This document shows, piece by piece, positions 1 through 4,866 of a DNA stretch of 25,271 nt; position 1 is the stretch's first letter, and each line of letters begins with the position of its first letter. The stretch spans positions 1-25,271 of the IMG/VR virus record IMGVR_UViG_3300045988_133315; one strand, given 5' to 3'. Below the pieces are notes generated by a model. It searched no databases. It was not told the DNA's origin and was given only the letters and a program-made list of their open reading frames with translations. Origin of the DNA: a virus. A program made the translations under genes and the position numbers.

Positions 1-38
1 AGTTTTATTAAACTAAGAAACAAAATAATAGTCAATAT

Positions 39-64
39 AAAAAAAAGTCATCCTAAGATGACTT
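39..64 (-). terminator. Rho-independent terminator downstream of tRNA-Asp
   Basis: Minus-strand hairpin AAGTCATC-TTAG-GATGACTT (perfect 8-bp stem, 45-64) followed by a T8 run (A8 on the + strand, 39-46). Confidence 0.6.
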
Positions 65-75
65 AAATTTCTAAA

Positions 76-151
76 TGGCGGTCCAGATGGGACTCGAACC
101 CACGATCTCCTCCGTGACAGGGAGGCATGTTAACCACTACACCACTGGACC
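76..151 (-). tRNA. tRNA-Asp (anticodon GUC), CCA encoded
   Basis: The reverse complement reads GGTCCAGTGGTGTAGTGGTTAACATGCCTCCCTGTCACGGAGGAGATCGTGGGTTCGAGTCCCATCTGGACCGCCA. It folds by hand into a cloverleaf: 7-bp acceptor GGTCCAG/CTGGACC, anticodon stem CCTCC/GGAGG with loop CTGTCAC, T arm GTGGG-TTCGAGT-CCCAT, discriminator G. Confidence 0.93.
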
Positions 152-167
152 AATATTTAATTTTAAA

Positions 168-186
168 TGGAGCAGATGAGGGGATT
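168..186 (-). other. Orphan 3'-terminal tRNA fragment (T-stem 3' strand + acceptor 3' strand + U + CCA); candidate prophage att core
   Basis: The minus strand reads AATCCCCTCATCTGCTCCA, i.e. end of T loop, CCCCT, CATCTGC, discriminator U, CCA. Upstream of it the sequence (ATATAAATACC...) no longer looks like tRNA. It lies between the phage lysis end and tRNA-Asp. Confidence 0.5.
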
Positions 187-303
187 ATATAAATACCTCA
201 TATCTATTGATATTTGATGTTATTTACATCATTATCTACGTGTTTTGATAGCACTTTGTTGTTTTGTACCCCAAAATGTACCTCACTGCTTCACGCAAGA
301 AAG

Positions 304-332
304 ATAATACAGTATAAACCATATTATGTCAA
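304..332 (-). promoter_or_regulatory. Sigma-A type promoter TTGACA-17-TATTAT facing out of the prophage toward the tRNA fragment and tRNA-Asp
   Basis: The minus strand reads TTGACA (327-332), a 17-nt spacer, then TATTAT (304-309). It is intergenic, downstream of the endolysin stop. No ORF follows before the tRNA. Confidence 0.45.
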
Positions 333-359
333 ACGTTTTTTTATTTTTTATTTATTTTT

Positions 360-1121
360 TTATTGAACCTCAATCAATGGGCCACAGTTTACCCAAACTC
401 CGCCAATCTTTGCGAGATCCTTTTTCACATTGACTTCATCAACACGAATTCTAGTAACGTAGACAATCGCATCTGTGGTATGCAATACGTTGTCATTGTA
501 TCCATCTGAATTGCGTACCTTGTCAACTAAGCTGATTGGAAACCAACCACCTAATTGAGCTAGATATGCACACAAATCATCATTGATTTGTTTCAAACCT
601 TCATCTCCAATTTTCATCTGAACGGATGTCACATAACTACCTGCATGCAAGATCTGGTCAATCGCTTCTTCATGTTGTGGAATACTTGGTTTAGCTGCTC
701 CTGTATTCGCAAAACATTTAGGTCTAAATGCTGTATCGAATGTTGCATAATAAGGTAATTTACAAAGTGTAAATGCTCCATTCTTTCCTCCTTGGTTCTG
801 TCCTAAAAACCAACCGAACTTACCATCAATGTCTGAATCGAAAATTGCAATGTGTGAATACGGTGTCCATCCTGCTACTTCCTTGAATACTGCGATATCT
901 CCCGGTTGCATCACTGAAACCTCGTTGCAGTAGTTCAAAATTCCGTTAGTCTTACGATTGTTCCAAATATCCTTAACAAAGCTACTTGTCGTACAGTGAA
1001 TTGCCTTATAACCTAAGTCAATCATGTACTTCATAGTGCCATCCCAACATTGAGCACCATAGTATCCATCAATGTCATAGGCTTTCCCCATTACTTTTTC
1101 TTTAAAATCATTATAATTCAT
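360..1121 (-). CDS. Endolysin: N-terminal CHAP peptidase/amidase domain plus a C-terminal cell-wall-binding domain of unassigned type
   Basis: CHAP-like catalytic context GAQCWDG (Cys) and YSHIAIF (His). The gene directly abuts the holin stop and is the last gene of the late operon. Confidence 0.85.
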   Translation of the reverse strand: MNYNDFKEKVMGKAYDIDGYYGAQCWDGTMKYMIDLGYKAIHCTTSSFVKDIWNNRKTNGILNYCNEVSVMQPGDIAVFKEVAGWTPYSHIAIFDSDIDGKFGWFLGQNQGGKNGAFTLCKLPYYATFDTAFRPKCFANTGAAKPSIPQHEEAIDQILHAGSYVTSVQMKIGDEGLKQINDDLCAYLAQLGGWFPISLVDKVRNSDGYNDNVLHTTDAIVYVTRIRVDEVNVKKDLAKIGGVWVNCGPLIEVQ

Positions 1122-1346
1122 TTACTCTTCCTCCGGTACACTAATTTCAGGTAATCCGCCAATACTAGTCAATAGCGAAACAACGCCTGACAAAACCGCT
1201 GACGAAATTACAACTCGCCAATCAACGGCTTCCAATAATGCAGATGCTCCAATAACACCAACAGCAGTTTGAGCAATTGTCTTTAATGCTCTGATACTTG
1301 CATAATAGCCATATTGAATCCACCATTCTTTACTATATTTTTTCAT
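1122..1346 (-). CDS. Holin (74 aa, two predicted TM helices, acidic C-terminus)
   Basis: Hydrophobic segments TIAQTAVGVIGASALL and VVISSAVLSGVVSLLTSIGG, tail PEISVPEEE. Strong RBS GGAGG upstream. It sits immediately upstream of the endolysin. Confidence 0.7.
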   Translation of the reverse strand: MKKYSKEWWIQYGYYASIRALKTIAQTAVGVIGASALLEAVDWRVVISSAVLSGVVSLLTSIGGLPEISVPEEE

Positions 1347-1385
1347 TTACAAATACCTCCTATCCTAATGATAGTATTTAAATCG

Positions 1386-1404
1386 TTTGTACACTGTACA
1401 AAAT
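1386..1404. promoter_or_regulatory. 19-bp palindromic box TTTGTACACTGTACAAAAT (copy 1) upstream of the holin; a -10-like TATCAT (1368-1373, minus) lies 20 nt after the dyad centre
   Basis: Identical to the 19-mer at 24001-24019. The core is the inverted repeat TTGTACA-C-TGTACAA. It lies between a terminator and the holin RBS. Confidence 0.5.
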
Positions 1405-1426
1405 AAAAGACCGTATTTAACGGCCT
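1400..1426 (-). terminator. Rho-independent terminator after the accessory cassette
   Basis: Minus-strand RNA hairpin AGGCCGU-UAAAU-ACGGUCU (7 bp including one G.U) followed by UUUAUUUU. On the plus strand the wobble becomes an A.C mismatch, so it is minus-specific. Confidence 0.6.
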
Positions 1427-1908
1427 TATTGATACATATTAAACATGTCTCGTATATGTGTCTTAATCATTGTTTTTTCTTCATCTGAATCAACGCATCC
1501 ATGAATCATAGTTACGATTTGTTGCATACATTTCATAGTCTTATCTAATTCACGATGAGACTTTTCCAAATCCATCTCACCTTTTGTACGCGTATATTCT
1601 TCTTTGAACGCTTTATATTTTTTCAAATGTTCTGCAAGCTTATAAACAATATCTTCTGTTTCTGGATCATGAATATTATATCCATCATTATCTTCTTTTA
1701 ATCTTGCAACAGTTGAAACTCCATCTTTTCCTATCTCAATTTGATATTTATTTCTCATTGCTTCTATAGTTTCAATGTCTTTGATATTATCTAAAGCTTG
1801 AGATAATGCATGGAAATAAGATTCTGCATATCCATATTTCTCTAACATGTTTACTGACTCATGCATTATCTTCTCATTAACTTCCATTGCTTTATGCATA
1901 TATTTCAC
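1426..1908 (-). CDS. Hypothetical helical, acidic His/Cys-containing protein (the more likely start is ATG at 1899, after AGGTGA)
   Basis: Long ORF translationally abutting the upstream gene (stop 1909). No family recognised. Confidence 0.6.
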   Translation of the reverse strand: MKYMHKAMEVNEKIMHESVNMLEKYGYAESYFHALSQALDNIKDIETIEAMRNKYQIEIGKDGVSTVARLKEDNDGYNIHDPETEDIVYKLAEHLKKYKAFKEEYTRTKGEMDLEKSHRELDKTMKCMQQIVTMIHGCVDSDEEKTMIKTHIRDMFNMYQ

Positions 1909-2328
1909 CTACGCAATCTTTTTAATGATAATGTTTGCATTTTGAACAGATAGATCTAAACCACTGTCATTTGCTAATGCAATTGTATAAGATGCGCCAC
2001 ATGGAACTTGAATTAGAGTGTCTCCACTTACATTTCCATACGCACTTGCAGTTGCAACAGTATAAATAGATTGTGTTCCACCAATTGCTTCTCCGTTTAG
2101 TTCAAGCACTAAAGAAACTTGTCCTGCCGCTGCACTCGTAATATCCGCAGTATAAGTTACTTCATAGATACCTGGCTTTGTTAGTGTAAACAATCCACTT
2201 CCTAGATCATGAGCAAGCCAACCTTTACATGGACACTGGCAGGATTTACTTCTTACACGATCTGTAGGAAACAATACATTATTTGAATTATCGACTGTCT
2301 GAACAGCCGTAGCAATACTATTAATCAT
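1909..2328 (-). CDS. C1q/TNF-like (BclA C-terminal-domain-like) beta jelly-roll protein without a collagen stalk
   Basis: Pattern F.L.KPGIYEVTY....AAGQVSLVLELNGEAI.G.......A..GNVSG..LI......YTIAL.N.SG..L.V.NANIIIKKI is typical of clostridial BclA-CTD-like proteins as I remember them. CQCPC motif near the N-terminus. RBS GGAGGA. Confidence 0.55.
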   Translation of the reverse strand: MINSIATAVQTVDNSNNVLFPTDRVRSKSCQCPCKGWLAHDLGSGLFTLTKPGIYEVTYTADITSAAAGQVSLVLELNGEAIGGTQSIYTVATASAYGNVSGDTLIQVPCGASYTIALANDSGLDLSVQNANIIIKKIA

Positions 2329-2343
2329 TTCTTTTATCCTCCT

Positions 2344-2374
2344 ATTAAAATAGGGATAGCCTTTCGACTATCCC
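2344..2374 (-). terminator. Intra-cassette hairpin with GAAA tetraloop and a U-rich tail (attenuator or partial terminator)
   Basis: The minus RNA reads GGGAUAGUC-GAAA-GGCUAUCCC (9 bp including a U.G) then UAUUUUAAU. It sits only about 25 nt before the next start codon, so there is no room for a new promoter. Confidence 0.45.
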
Positions 2375-2415
2375 ATTAAATCCAAAGGCAATTGCCTAAT
2401 CACATATGTGCTAGA

Positions 2416-3039
2416 TTATAAGTTGTTGTAGCCATTACATCCACATCCGTTGTTATAAGCGTAATATGGTGAACATGTAATGTAAGCTGGTTTTGGTGTT
2501 GGTTGCAAAGTATTAATGATATTTGCAGATTGTGCCTGTTGACTTAATTGGAAATTAGCCGTCAATAAATCACGGTCACGATCAGCTAAACGATCACGTA
2601 ATTCTTGCATAGTGTTTGCATTGATCAACGCACGTGTTGCTTCACCTTCTGAATGAATTGCTGTTGTAATGTCACAAGTATTTTTGAAACTTTGAGCATT
2701 TACATTGTCAATTGCTCTTTGAGTGTTGCAGCAGCATTCTTGTTGCTGAGCTTGCAAGTTTTGAAGTCCTAACTGATTAGTATAGCGACTTTCTAATACA
2801 TCACGTTGAGTTTGACAACCTGTTTGAGATACATTTGTGTTTGTGTTAAAAATGTCTCGTTTAATGAATTCTTCATTTAATAAAGAATCATTTGTTAGGT
2901 TTCCATTTCCATATCCTCCATATCCAAATAATACGAAGATTAGCAAGATCCAAATCCACCAACCTCCACCGTTTCCAAAGCCGTCATCTCTTTCAGCTAA
3001 GTTGTAAGTTGGTTGAATTCCCATTCCATTTTCCATCAT
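2416..3039 (-). CDS. Membrane-anchored Cys-rich, Gln/Asn/Thr-rich protein of unknown function
   Basis: Gly/Trp-rich TM segment GGGWWIWILLIFVLFGYGGYGNG (reminiscent of YjcZ-type tiny TM sporulation proteins). CCC triplet, other conserved-looking Cys, and a C-terminal CSPYYAYNNGCGCNGYNNL tail. RBS AAGGAG. Confidence 0.6.
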   Translation of the reverse strand: MMENGMGIQPTYNLAERDDGFGNGGGWWIWILLIFVLFGYGGYGNGNLTNDSLLNEEFIKRDIFNTNTNVSQTGCQTQRDVLESRYTNQLGLQNLQAQQQECCCNTQRAIDNVNAQSFKNTCDITTAIHSEGEATRALINANTMQELRDRLADRDRDLLTANFQLSQQAQSANIINTLQPTPKPAYITCSPYYAYNNGCGCNGYNNL

Positions 3040-3080
3040 ATATGTTCTCCTTTCTTTCTATAATAACGGTTTATCCGTTG

Positions 3081-3323
3081 TTACCTGATTCCAAACTGTT
3101 TTGCCATTTGTTGAAGTTGTTGCTTTTGTTGTGGATTTAAATTACCCATCATCTGATTTAAAATCGCTTGTGGATTTTGACCACTATTCATAAGCATTTG
3201 AAATTGTTGAAATGCTTGTGGATTTTTCTGTGCCAACATATTCATTAACATTTGTTGGGGATTTCCCATATCCATCATATTCATTGGATTCATATTACCC
3301 ATAATACTTTTTAAAGGATTCAT
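3081..3323 (-). CDS. Small Met/Gln/Asn/Pro-rich repeat protein (80 aa)
   Basis: Five NP(Q/M)-type repeats (NPMNMM, NPQQML, NPQAFQ, NPQAIL, NPQQKQ). ATGA overlap with the upstream ORF indicates translational coupling. Confidence 0.55.
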   Translation of the reverse strand: MNPLKSIMGNMNPMNMMDMGNPQQMLMNMLAQKNPQAFQQFQMLMNSGQNPQAILNQMMGNLNPQQKQQLQQMAKQFGIR

Positions 3324-3769
3324 TTTGTTTGTGCTCCTTTCTTTGTTTGCTCATTAGCTTGTTTTGGTGGTTTGCTTAATGCACATATCAAATCATCTAA
3401 TTTCTTTTCGATTCCATTTACACGATTTTCTATACTGTTAGAAGCATCTTCCGTGATTTCTTCAAATTTAAATTTTTTAAATGTTCCATCTAAAGATTTC
3501 ATATAAAAAATAGATTTATTGTTATCAAATAAAATCGTTGGTAAATTTGCATTCGCAAAGTTTCTAGCTTCCTGCTCATCGTTCACCCATTTTCCATTAA
3601 AATCAAAATTACCTTGTTGTTGTGGTGTAATCTGATTATTAATATTGATAGGTGGAATATTTGCATACTGTTGTACTTGCTGAATTTGTTGATCTATCAT
3701 TTGTCTTTGTTGCATCAAACTGTCAATTCGTGCTTGTGCTGGATTATAATTGTTATACATTTCAACCAC
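3320..3769 (-). CDS. Gln-rich N-terminus plus small beta-rich domain plus Lys-rich tail protein (the probable start is ATG at 3760, after AGAGGTGG)
   Basis: The architecture loosely resembles spore coat protein GerQ: a Q-rich N-terminus followed by a ...ILFDNNKSIFYMKSLDGTFKKFKFEE-type segment. This is a resemblance only. Confidence 0.55.
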   Translation of the reverse strand: MVEMYNNYNPAQARIDSLMQQRQMIDQQIQQVQQYANIPPININNQITPQQQGNFDFNGKWVNDEQEARNFANANLPTILFDNNKSIFYMKSLDGTFKKFKFEEITEDASNSIENRVNGIEKKLDDLICALSKPPKQANEQTKKGAQTK

Positions 3770-3840
3770 CTCTTTACGCTTTAATTATATAGTTGCACAA
3801 TAAATAACTTAATACTCGAATAATACTCATAAAATACCCA

Positions 3841-3872
3841 AAATAAAATGAGCAATCACTATAGATTGCTCA
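3841..3872 (-). terminator. Rho-independent terminator ending the tail-fibre/holin-like/sigma4 transcription unit
   Basis: Perfect 9-bp stem TGAGCAATC/GATTGCTCA (3849-3857 and 3864-3872) with a 6-nt loop, followed on the minus strand by UUUUAUUU. It overlaps the last codons of the sigma4-like ORF. Confidence 0.6.
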
Positions 3873-4092
3873 CATATTTATCGAACATTTTTCTTGCTTT
3901 GCATACTCTGTTCCTTATGGTTTGTACTTCCACACATAATGCATCTGCAATTTCCGTGCATGACATATCATACACGTATCTCATAATCAAAACCTGTTCA
4001 TATTTCTTTCTTAATCCAACAGATTTGATAAGTATTAATGCATCATTAGGACGTATTTCTTTTAATCTGTTAGCTTTGTTAATATAAACCAC
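3859..4092 (-). CDS. Stand-alone sigma-70 region 4 (HTH) protein, 77 aa
   Basis: KKYEQVLIMRYVYDMSCTEIADALCVEVQTIRNRVCKARKMF matches the region 4.2 pattern L..R.v..LRY...s..EIA..lg.s..TV..r..RAr..l. GTG start with a weak RBS. Confidence 0.6.
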   Translation of the reverse strand: MVYINKANRLKEIRPNDALILIKSVGLRKKYEQVLIMRYVYDMSCTEIADALCVEVQTIRNRVCKARKMFDKYVSNL

Positions 4093-4100
4093 CGCCTTAA

Positions 4101-4334
4101 TTAAATTCGTTGGTTTGAATTAGCTTCGCAAGAACAATTATTCACATGATTATCTTTCCAATAACCACGACAAACAATAGTAGAATAAAGAACAATAATT
4201 ACTAGGATTAAAACCGTAATAATAGTCCTACTCGTTTTATAGTTTCTATCAATTAATTTTGAACAAAAACAATAAACGTTATCTACTTTTTCTTCTACAT
4301 TTTGAAGTTTCTTGTTTGCATCTTTAATATCCAT
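4101..4334 (-). CDS. XhlA-like small membrane protein (N-terminal coiled coil, C-terminal TM)
   Basis: KKLQNVEEKVDNV coiled segment followed by TM TIITVLILVIIVLYSTIV. The topology matches PBSX XhlA-type lysis accessory proteins. Confidence 0.45.
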   Translation of the reverse strand: MDIKDANKKLQNVEEKVDNVYCFCSKLIDRNYKTSRTIITVLILVIIVLYSTIVCRGYWKDNHVNNCSCEANSNQRI

Positions 4335-4617
4335 TTTTATTACGTTCCTCCAACGCTTCTACACGATTAAACAAAGTTTTTATTTGTTGTTTTAGTTCTG
4401 AAAGCTCCACTTCCATTGAATTGCTTCCTTTTTTTATTTCTGAAATTGAATCTTTAATATCACCTAAATCCGATTTAATATGTTCCAATTCATTCTTCAA
4501 AAATGCCATATTGGATATTTGCTCTCCATCCATCTTTCGTGTGCCACGATTATACGTAATAAATGCAATTACAAGCATGCATGCAGAAATAATAACACTA
4601 AGATATTCACCACTCAT
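4324..4617 (-). CDS. BhlA/UviB-like holin-family protein (N-terminal TM, C-terminal coiled coil)
   Basis: TM LSVIISACMLVIAFITY followed by a heptad-like region (LKNELEHIKSDLGDIKDSISEIKK...LKQQIKTLFNRVEALEE). 11-nt overlap with the next ORF. Confidence 0.5.
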   Translation of the reverse strand: MSGEYLSVIISACMLVIAFITYNRGTRKMDGEQISNMAFLKNELEHIKSDLGDIKDSISEIKKGSNSMEVELSELKQQIKTLFNRVEALEERNKNGY

Positions 4618-4683
4618 ATTCGTTTTCCTTTCAACTTTTCATCCTATTTAAATACAATGATTCACTAAACCTTATTTAGTTAA

Positions 4684-4854
4684 CTACTTTTTATTTTCAT
4701 TCTTTTCGAAATGTATACATCTATGAATTAGGTAACAACAATGATTTGTCATAGTAAACGGATTAGTTGATTCCTCGCATCTATCTTTACCATTTACCAC
4801 AATTTTATGTTTACATTTATCACAGAATAAATTTTCATGTGGGTTTTCTATCAT
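4684..4854 (-). CDS. Small Cys/His-rich protein (56 aa), not in the supplied ORF track
   Basis: ATG at 4854 preceded by AGAGGA. Translation: MIENPHENLFCDKCKHKIVVNGKDRCEESTNPFTMTNHCCYLIHRCIHFEKNENKK. CxxC plus further Cys/His suggests Zn binding. It fills an otherwise empty gap. Confidence 0.45.
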   Translation of the reverse strand: MIENPHENLFCDKCKHKIVVNGKDRCEESTNPFTMTNHCCYLIHRCIHFEKNENKK

Positions 4855-4866
4855 TTCAGTTCCTCT

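Noticed and set aside
262-281. Short direct repeat TGTACC (264-269, 276-281) near the att end, and single TTGTACA heptamers elsewhere (e.g. near 11736, 16147, 18967, 22444), as extra copies of the palindromic box or as integrase arm sites
   Set aside because: Matches of 6 to 9 nt occur at about the frequency expected by chance in 50 kb of two-strand sequence. Only the two 19-mers and the 12-mer at 17194 stand out.
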